This document shows positions 1 through 9,377 of a stretch of DNA of 43,508 nucleotides, one piece after another (positions within the stretch are counted from its first letter, which is position 1; every line of letters begins with the position of its first letter). The DNA is from Bacteroidota bacterium (GTDB taxonomy: Bacteria > Bacteroidota > Bacteroidia > NS11-12g > UBA955), in the NCBI GenBank assembly GCA_947451105.1, contig CANFXY010000003.1:1-43508 (forward strand), read 5' to 3'. The notes under the pieces were generated by a model that was not told the origin of the DNA, did not search any database, and worked only from the letters and a program-made list of their open reading frames with translations. Both the position numbers and the translations under genes were made by a program.

Positions 1-54
1 AAATTACATCAAAAATTTTATTCATGAAAAAATCTTTCTATCAGAGTTTGCCCC

Positions 55-62
55 TATATTTG
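55..62 (+). promoter_or_regulatory. Candidate Bacteroidota -7 promoter box (TATATTTG, fits TAnnTTTG), 4 nt before the ATG at 67
   Basis: Exact TAnnTTTG match read at 55-62. No convincing -33 element at canonical spacing. Confidence 0.3.
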
Positions 63-66
63 CCGT

Positions 67-2568
67 ATGAACTTTAAAAAGTTGCTTGAAGATGTAAAGC
101 CACATGCATTGGTGCTGTTGGCTTTTTTCCTTGTAGGATATGTTTATTATATCAGAACATTCAATGGTTACAGCCACAAAGAGGATGACGTTACCCAAGG
201 TTTGTTAAAGGGTACAGAATTGGTTAAATACACCGACAAAGACGGTGAGTTTCCGGGTTGGACCAATGCCATTTTTTCGGGTATGCCTTCAACCATGATC
301 AAAGGAAAACCATCTGGCAACGTGATTAAAAGTTACAACTATTTAACCCCATTTAGCCATACAGCTTATCCATTTCAAATCTTGTTTTTGTCTTTCATCG
401 GCTTCTATTTGTTGATGTCGGCCTTCAAGGTTAAACCGCTATACGGCGCTTTGGCTGCCATTGCCTATGGTTTTGCAAGTTACAGCATCAGCAGTGTTGA
501 AGCAGCGCATTATACTAAGGTATTGGCTATGGCTTTAATGCCTGCCATCTTGGCTTCTTTGCATTGGTTGTTTTCTGGTAAATACTTAAGCGGCGGTATC
601 ACCTTGGCCTTCAACATGGCCTTGCAGGTATATTTCTTTCACTATCAAATTACTTTCTACACCATTATTTGTTTATTGGTAATGGGTATTTACTACCTGG
701 TTAAATTGGTGCAAGAAAAACAAATCAAACAATTAATTATTGCAAGTTTGATATCAATTGTAGCCGTTGGTGCCGGTGTAGGGGCCAACATCACAAAAAT
801 AAAATCAACCTCCAAATTTGCCGACAACACCATGCGTGGTGGCAATGACATGGCGAAAGTTGGTGAACATAAAACAGATACCAAAACTGGTCAAAATGGT
901 TTGGAAAGAGACTATGCCTTCGATTGGAGTTATGGAAAAGGGGAGACCTTCACTTTGTTGATTCCAAATTTCTACGGTGGAAGTAGTTCTGAAAAATTAA
1001 CGACCAAATCGAAGTTTTTCGAAGCCACACAAAACGAGGAGGCCTTGACCCAAGGATTGCCAATGTACCACGGTGATTTAACCTTTACCTCTGGTCCTAT
1101 CTACATTGGTTCTATTATAATTTTCCTATTTGTATTGGGAATGATCATAGTGAAAGACCGTGTTAAATGGGCTTTGTTAACCTTAACTGTGTTTTCATTT
1201 ATACTAGGTTGGGGTAAGCACTTTGCGGTTGTCAACGACTTCTTATTCGACCATTTGCCTTACTTCAATAAATTCAGAACACCAATGATGGCGTTTTGTA
1301 TTGCACAGGTAACTATGCCATTGGTGGGTTTCCTAGGCATCAAACAATTATACGAAACTTGGAAAGACCAAAAGACTGCTGCAAATGTTAAAGGCGCAGT
1401 TCCAAAAGCACCGAGCGAAACAGGTGTTAAGAGCGAATGGGACATGGTGAAAATTGCCTACTATGTGGTTGGTGGATTCTGTTTGTTGATGGCAGTTGCC
1501 GGTCCTTCGTTTATCGACTTAGGTGGGGTGGTAGATGAGCAATTGAAAAAAGGTGGCAATGGCAATTTAATTTCTGTATTGAAAGAAGACCGCGGCTCCA
1601 TGCTGCAAAGCGATGCCTTCAGATCGTTTATATTTATTTCTCTATCATTTGGTTTGTTGTGGGCTTGGTATACCAAGAAAGCACAACGCACCTTGGCTAT
1701 TGGTTTAATTGGTGCTTTAGCAGCAGTTGATTTGATAGGCGTGGATTGGCGATACTTAAGCTGGGAAGATTTCACTTTTGAAAAAGGTACGGTTACCGAC
1801 CGTGTGCCTGATATGGCAGATAAGCAGATCTTGTCTGATCCTGACATTCACTACAGGGTTTTCGATTTGACCAATGATCCGTTTAATGACAATGAGGGAG
1901 CTGCATTCCATAAAATGATTGGTGGCTACGATCCAGCCAAATTAAGCCGTTACCAAGATGTGATATCTAATTTGTTTGCCCAAGAAGCCTACCGCGATAA
2001 GGGACTAGACATGTTGAATTGCAAATACATGATTGGTACAGATTCAGGAAATAGAAGAGGTGTCATACCAAGAACGACCATGAATGGAAATGCATGGTTT
2101 GTACAAAGCATAAGTCCTGCTAAAAATGCTGCTGAAGAGATGGAATTGCTGAAGAAATCAGATCCAAAATCACAAGCAACTTACAACGCCGATTTCGAGC
2201 AAAACAAACCTTTGAGCGCTGCAAGTTTTGTGCTAGACAGCAGCCGTTCTGCCAAATTAAATTCTTACCATCCGGATACCATGGTGTATTCAGTGAGCAA
2301 TGCCAACAATGGTTATTTGGTGTTCTCTGAAATATGGTACGACAACTGGAGAGTAGAAATAGATGGCAAGCCAGCGCAATTAAATAAAGTTGATTATACT
2401 CTAAGAGGTTTGGCCGTTCCTGCAGGTCAGCACACCATTAAAATGGTTTATGACAAAGGACAAAACACAACCGATTATATAGAAAAATATCTGTCATGGG
2501 CTATACTTTTGGGTATGTTGTTTATGGTAGGTCTTTGGATTAAAAATTATTTTGCGGAGAAAGCATGA
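67..2568 (+). CDS. YfhO-family-like polytopic membrane protein (putative periplasmic-face glycosyltransferase)
   Basis: 833 aa. Many N-terminal hydrophobic helices, a large soluble C-terminal region and one final TM helix (YLSWAILLGMLFMVGLWI), which is the architecture typical of YfhO (PF09586). The stop overlaps the next ATG (ATGA at 2565-2568). Confidence 0.5.
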   Translation: MNFKKLLEDVKPHALVLLAFFLVGYVYYIRTFNGYSHKEDDVTQGLLKGTELVKYTDKDGEFPGWTNAIFSGMPSTMIKGKPSGNVIKSYNYLTPFSHTAYPFQILFLSFIGFYLLMSAFKVKPLYGALAAIAYGFASYSISSVEAAHYTKVLAMALMPAILASLHWLFSGKYLSGGITLAFNMALQVYFFHYQITFYTIICLLVMGIYYLVKLVQEKQIKQLIIASLISIVAVGAGVGANITKIKSTSKFADNTMRGGNDMAKVGEHKTDTKTGQNGLERDYAFDWSYGKGETFTLLIPNFYGGSSSEKLTTKSKFFEATQNEEALTQGLPMYHGDLTFTSGPIYIGSIIIFLFVLGMIIVKDRVKWALLTLTVFSFILGWGKHFAVVNDFLFDHLPYFNKFRTPMMAFCIAQVTMPLVGFLGIKQLYETWKDQKTAANVKGAVPKAPSETGVKSEWDMVKIAYYVVGGFCLLMAVAGPSFIDLGGVVDEQLKKGGNGNLISVLKEDRGSMLQSDAFRSFIFISLSFGLLWAWYTKKAQRTLAIGLIGALAAVDLIGVDWRYLSWEDFTFEKGTVTDRVPDMADKQILSDPDIHYRVFDLTNDPFNDNEGAAFHKMIGGYDPAKLSRYQDVISNLFAQEAYRDKGLDMLNCKYMIGTDSGNRRGVIPRTTMNGNAWFVQSISPAKNAAEEMELLKKSDPKSQATYNADFEQNKPLSAASFVLDSSRSAKLNSYHPDTMVYSVSNANNGYLVFSEIWYDNWRVEIDGKPAQLNKVDYTLRGLAVPAGQHTIKMVYDKGQNTTDYIEKYLSWAILLGMLFMVGLWIKNYFAEKA

Positions 2569-3308
2569 GGCTTTCGGTCATAAGTATTGCCTATAACAAT
2601 TTAAAGGGTTTACAAAAAACCTTGGCGGTTTTTAATGGGCAGAATCTTTCTGATCAACTAGAAATCGTTGTTGTTGATGGTGGTTCTAAGGACGGGACAA
2701 AAGAATTTTTAGAGTCCCAAACACTCACAAAAAACTGGATATCTGAACAAGACAAAGGGATATACAATGCCATGAACAAAGGTTTGGACATGGCGACAGG
2801 CGACTTTGTTTGGTTTCTTAATTCAGGCGATTATGTGGAAGACTTTGCTGTTGTAGAAAAGATTTTATTGGCTTTGAATCAAGGCCCTGATGCTGTTTAT
2901 GGCGAAACCATGATGGTGGATACAGATGGAAAGCATTTAGGCTTGAGGTCGGATTATACAACCAGGAAGTTGCCACTGCATTTAAATTGGACTTCTTTTA
3001 GAATGGGCATGAATGTTGGGCACCAATCGTTTTTGATCAGACGCAATTTGGCCCTTACATACAATGAAAAATACCGTTATGTCGCAGACATTGATTGGAT
3101 GATTCGCTGTTTGAGAGGATGTAAAAACGTGGTGAATTTAAACACGGTTATCGCTTGTTTTACCGTTGACGGATTCTCAAGTGTTCAAAGAAAAGCCAGC
3201 AACAAAGAGCGCTATGCTGTTTTGAAATTGCATTATGGATTTTTTTCAAATATCGCCTCCCATTTAGGCATACTGCTGCGCAAATTATTTTCTAAGGGTA
3301 AGGCTTAG
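2565..3308 (+). CDS. Family 2 glycosyltransferase (soluble, WcaE-like size)
   Basis: N-terminal GT-A signature LSVISIAYNNLKGLQKTL...VVVDGGSKDGT and a DxD-like NSGD. 247 aa with no TM segment. Translationally coupled to the upstream gene. Confidence 0.75.
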   Translation: MRLSVISIAYNNLKGLQKTLAVFNGQNLSDQLEIVVVDGGSKDGTKEFLESQTLTKNWISEQDKGIYNAMNKGLDMATGDFVWFLNSGDYVEDFAVVEKILLALNQGPDAVYGETMMVDTDGKHLGLRSDYTTRKLPLHLNWTSFRMGMNVGHQSFLIRRNLALTYNEKYRYVADIDWMIRCLRGCKNVVNLNTVIACFTVDGFSSVQRKASNKERYAVLKLHYGFFSNIASHLGILLRKLFSKGKA

Positions 3309-3353
3309 CACTTATTTTTCCTTCTGCTTTTATTTTCTTATTTTCGTTGCCTA

Positions 3354-5036
3354 ATGAAAAAGGTATTAATCTTAATCAGTTCAATTGGCTTGGGGATATC
3401 TGGGATTGCTCAAAGCAATGAGCGTGGGGAGTTCTCTGGTAATTTTATGAGCAACGGTCAGTTTTACGACAGAGATGTTAAAATTGGAGCAACCACAGAG
3501 GTATACAACAAATACAAAAGCAGCGCGGATGCTTGGTTGTTTTTAAACTACAATTTAAAAGGGTATTCCTTTTCTATGCGTTATGATATGTTTAACAATT
3601 CACCCTTGCTGAATCCGCAGGGTGTATACAACAAACAAGGAATTGGCTTTTGGCAGGCCTCAAAAGATATTGGAGGTTTGAATATCACTGCAGGTTATTT
3701 CTACGACCAGTTTGCAACGGGTATGATCTTCAGAGCCTATGAAGAACGTATGTTGGGATTAGATTATGCCATTCAAGGATTAAGGGTTAAATACAACTAT
3801 AAAAATTTAGCGATCAAAGCTTTTGCTGGTCAACAAAAGGGCAATATATTTTCTGGTGACCGTTTTGAAATGTCGCCATCCGCTATAAAAGGATTCAATG
3901 CCGAGTACCGCTACAAACTATTCAAGGTGTTGAACGTAATGAGTGGTGCATCAACTGTGAACCGTGCACTTGATCAAGCCACCATGAATACCGTTGCTTC
4001 ACAAATTAATTCTCAGGCTTTAGAAACCAGGTTTATTCCCAAATACAACACCTATTCTTTTAATGGTTACAGCAAGGTTTCATACAAAGACTTGTCAATT
4101 TATGGAGAGTATTTATACAAAACCAAAGAAGCAATAGCCAACCAAAATGCCAGTTTGTTAACCAACCACGATGGTAATATATTATATGGAACATTAAACT
4201 ACTCCAAAGCCAACCTGGGCAAAAAGAAACAGTTCTCATTTGGGGCAAACTTGCAATACAAACACATAGAAAATTTCAGTTTTAGAACCTCACCAAACGA
4301 GCAGTTGAACAACGGTTTAATTGCATATATTCCATCTATAACAAGACAGAACACCTATAGGCTTTTGGCCAGATACAATGCCGTTACACAATTTTTGGGA
4401 GAGAATGCTTACCAAGGCGAATTCATCGTAACACCGAAAAGAGGAACCACTTTTACCTTCAACGTGTCAAATGTTAGAAGTTTAAAAAGCAATGGGGATT
4501 CGCTAGGGAATGCAAAGCATTTGTTTAGCGAATACTACGCAGAGGTACAGCATAAGTTTAGTAAAAAATTCAAAGCGAAATTTGGGGTTCAATCCATTTT
4601 TTATGACCAAAGTAGATTTGAACAAAAGGTTGCCGATAGCACCTACGCAGATGTTAAGACCCTTACACCATTTATGGAAATTACCTACAAATTGAGTAAG
4701 AAAACATCATTGAGAGTCGAAGCGCAGTATTTGAAAACCCACCAAGATTTGGGTAGTTTTGCCAATGCCATTGTCGAATTGAACCATGCACCACACTGGA
4801 GTTTTAGTGTTGGAGATATGGTAAACATTGAGCCGCATAGATCATCATTTTCAAAAGGCATTATCTCTGAAGAAATCTTGCATTACTACAGTGGTTATGT
4901 TGGCTATACAGAAGGCGCAACTGTATTTACATTAGGATATATTAAACAGGTGCAAGGGATGAATTGTACCGGTGGTATTTGTAGGATAGAGCCAGCGTTT
5001 AGCGGTGTTCGTTTGACCCTTAGTACCAGTTTCTAA
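3354..5036 (+). CDS. Predicted outer-membrane beta-barrel protein (possibly the DUF6029 type)
   Basis: Signal peptide MKKVLILISSIGLGISGIAQ. Alternating aromatic/polar beta-strand pattern throughout. C-terminal LTLSTSF ends in Phe, as in OMP beta-signals. Confidence 0.5.
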   Translation: MKKVLILISSIGLGISGIAQSNERGEFSGNFMSNGQFYDRDVKIGATTEVYNKYKSSADAWLFLNYNLKGYSFSMRYDMFNNSPLLNPQGVYNKQGIGFWQASKDIGGLNITAGYFYDQFATGMIFRAYEERMLGLDYAIQGLRVKYNYKNLAIKAFAGQQKGNIFSGDRFEMSPSAIKGFNAEYRYKLFKVLNVMSGASTVNRALDQATMNTVASQINSQALETRFIPKYNTYSFNGYSKVSYKDLSIYGEYLYKTKEAIANQNASLLTNHDGNILYGTLNYSKANLGKKKQFSFGANLQYKHIENFSFRTSPNEQLNNGLIAYIPSITRQNTYRLLARYNAVTQFLGENAYQGEFIVTPKRGTTFTFNVSNVRSLKSNGDSLGNAKHLFSEYYAEVQHKFSKKFKAKFGVQSIFYDQSRFEQKVADSTYADVKTLTPFMEITYKLSKKTSLRVEAQYLKTHQDLGSFANAIVELNHAPHWSFSVGDMVNIEPHRSSFSKGIISEEILHYYSGYVGYTEGATVFTLGYIKQVQGMNCTGGICRIEPAFSGVRLTLSTSF

Positions 5037-5461
5037 TGAAGGCATTTAGAATTGTTTCTTTAATTGTTTTTATAAGCTCCAGTTCGGTGCTTTTTGCACA
5101 AGCAAAAGACAGTGTAAGTCTCGGTGCAGATGAAAAGATTGTATCAGTTGCCGAGACCATTCCTGCGTTTAGTTACAAGGGGAAAGGAATTTCTGAATTT
5201 ATAATGGACAATTTGAAATACCCTCAGACTGCAATTGACAATGGCATAGAAGCAAACATCATTGTTGACTTTGTGGTGGATACAATGGGAAGGGTGTTGT
5301 ATGTTGTTTCAAAAGACAATGGCAATGCGCGGAAACAAATCTTGGTTGATGAAGCCATTAGAGTGATAAAAGCAACGAGTGGTTATTGGAAGCCAGGGTA
5401 TACCAATGGTAAAAAGGTGCGTATGCGCATGCGCATTCCTATTACGTTTAAGTTGGATTAA
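5036..5461 (+). CDS. TonB C-terminal-domain protein with a cleavable signal peptide (no TM or Pro-rich linker)
   Basis: Signal peptide MKAFRIVSLIVFISSSSVLFAQA. TonB_C-like core PAFSYKG...YPQTAIDNGIEANIIVDFVVDTMGRV...PITF. The start overlaps the upstream stop (TAATG). Confidence 0.6.
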   Translation: MKAFRIVSLIVFISSSSVLFAQAKDSVSLGADEKIVSVAETIPAFSYKGKGISEFIMDNLKYPQTAIDNGIEANIIVDFVVDTMGRVLYVVSKDNGNARKQILVDEAIRVIKATSGYWKPGYTNGKKVRMRMRIPITFKLD

Positions 5462-5533
5462 GCTATTGAAAGTTTATATCAGCAATATTGTGAATTGAAA
5501 TCCGTTTATAATGGGCTTAGATGCATAGTGATT

Positions 5534-5977
5534 ATGAGGTTTTTGTTTTTAGTTGTAGTCTTAATCAGTTCGTCTTTCGCTCTTGAAGCACAAAAAAAAG
5601 GCAGTTCCTCGATTATTTATTGCGGTGATTTTTTTCAAGATGTGATTATTGATACATCCGAAGTAGTCAATGCATTTTTTCACTATGGCAATATGGATTT
5701 ACATCAGTTTATTGATAGTATCATGGTTTATCCAAAGGATTCTCTTTTGAATGGAATTAAAACCAAAATTAATATCGACTTCTTGGTTGATCCTTTCGGG
5801 CATGTATTATATGTCTCATGTCATGATAGCGCCTCGTTTTCTGCTAATCTCAAACCACTGATAAAAGAAGCTATACGTGTTGTGGTTGCTACAGATTATA
5901 TGTGGGTAGCAGAGCGACATGGTAGAAAGTATGTGACATCTAAATTGCGCTTGCCATTTGAGATAGGATATGAATAA
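5534..5977 (+). CDS. Second TonB C-terminal-domain paralog with a signal peptide
   Basis: Aligns with 5036-5461 (INIDFLVDPFGHVLYV...IKEAIRVVVAT...LRLPFEI). The ORF-track start at 5495 is a TTG. The ATG at 5534 gives a normal signal peptide, MRFLFLVVVLISSSFALEAQ. Confidence 0.5.
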   Translation: MRFLFLVVVLISSSFALEAQKKGSSSIIYCGDFFQDVIIDTSEVVNAFFHYGNMDLHQFIDSIMVYPKDSLLNGIKTKINIDFLVDPFGHVLYVSCHDSASFSANLKPLIKEAIRVVVATDYMWVAERHGRKYVTSKLRLPFEIGYE

Positions 5978-6046
5978 TGTTTTTTCTTAATCATTGAGTG
6001 CATAAAATTGGTGTTCTTAATTTTAAATACTCTCGGTAAAATTGAA

Positions 6047-6054
6047 TAAGTTTG
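6047..6054 (+). promoter_or_regulatory. Candidate -7 promoter box (TAAGTTTG), 7 nt before the ATG at 6062
   Basis: Exact TAnnTTTG match in the 84-nt intergenic gap upstream of the MFS gene. Confidence 0.35.
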
Positions 6055-6061
6055 TAGCTCA

Positions 6062-7282
6062 ATGGAAAATAAAAAACACACATACTGGATTGTTATTATC
6101 GCAGCCCTAGGTTATTTTGTTGATATATACGATCTGATTTTATTTAATGTTGTCAAAGGAGCAAGTTTGAAAGCCATAGGCATTTCAGGTGAAATGTTTA
6201 AAAGTGTTGAAATCACATTGTTCAATTGGCAGATGTTCGGCATGTTGTTGGGCGGATTAATTTGGGGGATTTTAGGGGATAAAAAAGGTAGGGTTTCGGT
6301 ATTATTTGGCTCCATCTTAATGTATTCTTTGGCCAATATTGCCAATGGATTTGTAGCCAATATTGACCAGTATATTGTTTGTAGATTTATTGCAGGTATC
6401 GGTTTGGCAGGCGAATTGGGCGCCGGAATAACCTTGGTAAGTGAAACCATGCACAAAGAAAAGCGTGGAATTGGAACCATGATTATCGTTTCATTCGGTG
6501 CACTCGGAGCTGTAGCTGCTGCAATTTTTGGCAAACATTTTCAATGGCAAACCTCATACTTTATAGGTGGTGGCTTAGGTATTGCCTTATTGGCCTTAAG
6601 GGCAGGTGCTTTTGAATCAGGCATGTACAACAATTTGAAAGAAACAACAACTCTTAGCAAGGGGAATTTCTTCATGTTGTTTAAAACCAGGAAAAGGGCT
6701 TTGCTTTATCTTCAGTGCATAGCCATTGGCGTGCCGATTTGGTATATTATTGGAATTTTAATCAATCTTTCAGATCGTTTTGTTCAAGTGGAAGGCATGG
6801 GGACAAAATCAATTTTGGGTGAAGCTGTCATGTTTACCTACATCGGCCTGTGTGTCGGAGATGTGATGAGCGGTTTGCTGAGCCAATGGTTTCGAAGCAG
6901 AAAGAAAGTTATATTCTTTTATTTAATGATGTCCATTGGTTTGGTGGCTTACTATTTAACTTGTAAAAATGTGACCTTAAATGAGTATCGGATAAATTGT
7001 TTCTTGCTTGGATTTGGAACCGGTTATTGGGCCTTGTTTGTACAAGTTGCCTCTGAGAATTTTGGAACCAATATTCGAAGTACGGTAACCAATACAGTGC
7101 CGAATTTTGTTAGGGGCTCGGTGGTTTTAATTACATTAAGTTTTAAATCACTGACAGAGGGCATGGGCGCGCATGATGCCGCAATTATTGTAGGTGCTGT
7201 ATGTTTGTCTTTAGCCCTGGTATCTTTAATGGGTATGAAAGAAACATTTAGCAAGGATTTAGATTACCATGAATTAGATTAA
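6062..7282 (+). CDS. MFS transporter
   Basis: 406 aa, about 12 hydrophobic helices, MFS motif A GILGDKKGRVSV between TM2 and TM3. Confidence 0.8.
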   Translation: MENKKHTYWIVIIAALGYFVDIYDLILFNVVKGASLKAIGISGEMFKSVEITLFNWQMFGMLLGGLIWGILGDKKGRVSVLFGSILMYSLANIANGFVANIDQYIVCRFIAGIGLAGELGAGITLVSETMHKEKRGIGTMIIVSFGALGAVAAAIFGKHFQWQTSYFIGGGLGIALLALRAGAFESGMYNNLKETTTLSKGNFFMLFKTRKRALLYLQCIAIGVPIWYIIGILINLSDRFVQVEGMGTKSILGEAVMFTYIGLCVGDVMSGLLSQWFRSRKKVIFFYLMMSIGLVAYYLTCKNVTLNEYRINCFLLGFGTGYWALFVQVASENFGTNIRSTVTNTVPNFVRGSVVLITLSFKSLTEGMGAHDAAIIVGAVCLSLALVSLMGMKETFSKDLDYHELD

Positions 7283-7884
7283 TGGAGACACATCAAAAAA
7301 CAAAATTAGGTCTAGTATTGGCCACAGACCCCCGTTGGGTCAATATTGCAGAAATGCAAATAGAAGACATTTTAAGCGACCATGCTTGGTGTGAACAGAA
7401 GGCAGCTACTACTGGTATTTCGTTGATTGTTAAATACGCTTATCAGCCAGGGATTGTAGAGGAGGTAACACCGATAGTAGCGGAAGAATGGGGACATTTT
7501 AGAAGGGTATTAAAAGAGCTTAACAAACGTGGGTTGAAGCTTGCGCCGCCTCGTAAAGACGAGTACGTTAAAAAACTATTTGCACTTGAAAAAATGGGCT
7601 TGGATTCTAAACATGTCATGGTTGAAAAACTATTAATCAGTGCCATGATAGAGGCCAGAAGCTGTGAGCGTTTTCGTTTGTTGAGTTTGCACATTCAAGA
7701 CGATGACTTGAAAGTTTTTTACCGTGAATTTATGGAAAGTGAAGCCGGGCATTACCACATGTTTATCCAATTGGCTAAGTCGGTTTTGCCAGCAGAGTAC
7801 GTTCAAAATAGATGGAATGAATTCTTAATTTCAGAAGCAGAAATTATGAAAAGCATGGAGTTACGAGGAGACCGTATACACTAA
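7282..7884 (+). CDS. miaE: tRNA-(ms2io6A37)-hydroxylase MiaE (non-heme diiron)
   Basis: 200 aa with DHAWCEQKAA, EEWGHF, EARSCERF and ESEAGHY, i.e. the paired E...ExxH diiron ligand motifs characteristic of MiaE. Confidence 0.8.
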   Translation: METHQKTKLGLVLATDPRWVNIAEMQIEDILSDHAWCEQKAATTGISLIVKYAYQPGIVEEVTPIVAEEWGHFRRVLKELNKRGLKLAPPRKDEYVKKLFALEKMGLDSKHVMVEKLLISAMIEARSCERFRLLSLHIQDDDLKVFYREFMESEAGHYHMFIQLAKSVLPAEYVQNRWNEFLISEAEIMKSMELRGDRIH

Positions 7885-8399
7885 TGGAATTAGGCTCAGA
7901 CATATTAGATGTTGTTATACGCACTTCGGTGGTGTATTTGCTTATTGTAGTTGGTTTGTTGCTATTGGGCAAAAAAGAATTGTCGCAAATGAGTGTCACC
8001 GATTTGGTGTTTATTTTGCTCATTAGCAATTCGGTTCAAAATGCCATGGTGGGCAGCAATTCGAGTTTGTCGGGTGGACTGATAGCGGCTTTGGTCTTGT
8101 TTGTGTTAAACTATATTTTTAGACGTTTAAATTATAAATTTTCATTCGTTCGCAAGGTTGTGGAAGGCGAGCCAGTGATGTTGGTTTATAAAGGTTTTGT
8201 AAAGGAAGGCAATTTAAAAAAAGAGCAAATTACACACGACGAGTTGTTAGCGGCAGTGCGTGAGCATGGGGTCGAACGTATCGAAGATGTGAGTTTGGCC
8301 ATGTTGGAAATTGATGGCAACATCAGTGTCTTGTCTGATGGGTTTAAGCATACAAGCTTACACAAACGCAAGAAACATGTTAAAGGTTTTTTGCGTTAA
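7884..8399 (+). CDS. DUF421 (YetF-like) membrane protein
   Basis: Three N-terminal TM helices, then a YetF_C-like soluble domain (ITHDELLAAVREHGVERIEDVSLAMLEIDGNISVL). Confidence 0.6.
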   Translation: MELGSDILDVVIRTSVVYLLIVVGLLLLGKKELSQMSVTDLVFILLISNSVQNAMVGSNSSLSGGLIAALVLFVLNYIFRRLNYKFSFVRKVVEGEPVMLVYKGFVKEGNLKKEQITHDELLAAVREHGVERIEDVSLAMLEIDGNISVLSDGFKHTSLHKRKKHVKGFLR

Positions 8400-8415
8400 A
8401 TTATAGATATGTGTA

Positions 8416-9012
8416 ATGGACGAAACAGCAGAGTTTAATCAGAGGATAGACAAATTAGAACTGGAGATATTCACCCGTTTGCCTGAGTCCTTGCGCTTGA
8501 TTTCTAAGACACATTTTACACCGGTTAGAATTGCTCAGTTGGCCGCAGAGTGGCTAACTGAAGATGGGCCAAAAAAGATATTGGATCTGGGTGCAGGTAC
8601 AGGGAAATTTTGCATAGCGGGCGCAATAGAATACGATAGTTTTTTTTACGGTGTAGAACACCGCGAAAGCCTGGTAGAAATTGCCAACGAAATGATAGAC
8701 AGTTTTGGATTAAAGAATGCAAAGGTTTTACATCAAAACATTTTGGATGTGAACTTCAATAACTACAACGCCTTTTATTTGTTCAATCCGTATTACGAGA
8801 ACTTGGTTTTTAACAAGCGTTTAAACAATGAGGTTGCCTTGTCTGAGCAATTGCACAAACAATACACCGAGCACACCTTGGCGCAATTGAGGGACATGCC
8901 TAATGGAACCAGGGTGGTAACCTACGATGGGGAGAACAAAGAAATCCCATATGCGTATGAAAGGGTGCGACAAAGTCAGAACGGCTTGTTGAAGTTGTGG
9001 GTGAAGCAATAA
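8416..9012 (+). CDS. Class I SAM-dependent methyltransferase
   Basis: Motif I ILDLGAGTGKF followed by an acidic motif II region (YGVEH). 198 aa. Confidence 0.65.
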   Translation: MDETAEFNQRIDKLELEIFTRLPESLRLISKTHFTPVRIAQLAAEWLTEDGPKKILDLGAGTGKFCIAGAIEYDSFFYGVEHRESLVEIANEMIDSFGLKNAKVLHQNILDVNFNNYNAFYLFNPYYENLVFNKRLNNEVALSEQLHKQYTEHTLAQLRDMPNGTRVVTYDGENKEIPYAYERVRQSQNGLLKLWVKQ

Positions 9013-9101
9013 TCTAAATAATTTCTGCTTTCCAAAGTTGTTCTAAAACATTTATTTATATAATAACAATTGGATTTTTTGTTTCCTTTTAAAAACAAAA
9101 A

Positions 9102-9129
9102 GGGTAAGCCTTCGCTTACCCCTTTTTTT
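9102..9129 (+). terminator. Rho-independent terminator closing the MFS-miaE-DUF421-methyltransferase operon
   Basis: Perfect 8-bp stem GGGTAAGC / GCTTACCC with loop CTTC, followed by C and T7 (9123-9129). An A-run precedes the stem, so it may act in both directions. Confidence 0.75.
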
Positions 9130-9217
9130 ACACAAATACACAAAAGGTCTTTAATCTTTTTTAGAAAAAGTAAGCACAAAACTAAGAACTTTATTTAAAG
9201 TTAAAACAAGGCAATTT

Positions 9218-9334
9218 GTTTTGTAACGTTTTGTAACAAAAAAAAACATGTTTTTTTAATGTTATGGTAATATTTCGCCTGAAAATAATATTTTTTATTT
9301 CAAATGATTTTAACCGTATCATTTAACGTTACAA
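9218..9334. promoter_or_regulatory. Candidate operator cluster containing three repeat elements
   Basis: Read directly. Tandem GTTTTGTAAC x2 at 9218-9227 and 9228-9237. An 18-bp palindrome A7-CATG-T7 at 9240-9257. AACGTTACAA at 9325-9334 is the perfect inverse of TTGTAACGTT at 9221-9230. Confidence 0.3.
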
Positions 9335-9369
9335 TATGTTAATGAGTCGTTTAACGATTTTGGTGGTCT

Positions 9370-9377
9370 TAACTTTG
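9370..9377 (+). promoter_or_regulatory. Candidate -7 promoter box (TAACTTTG), 7 nt before the ATG at 9385
   Basis: Exact TAnnTTTG match at the 3-prime end of the 372-nt intergenic region. Confidence 0.35.

Noticed and set aside
8976-9179. A 67-aa minus-strand ORF in the intergenic region after the methyltransferase.
   Set aside because: It runs through the terminator hairpin at 9102-9129 and overlaps the 3-prime end of the methyltransferase gene. It has an AT-rich, Lys/Cys-rich composition and no recognisable motif.
9221-9334. A possible invertible promoter (a Bacteroides-style capsule phase switch) bounded by TTGTAACGTT / AACGTTACAA.
   Set aside because: The inverted repeat is only 10 bp, and 6 of those are the self-palindromic AACGTT. 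The segment is short (114 bp) and no site-specific recombinase is encoded in the window. An operator function is more parsimonious. It could be settled by looking for both orientations in read data.
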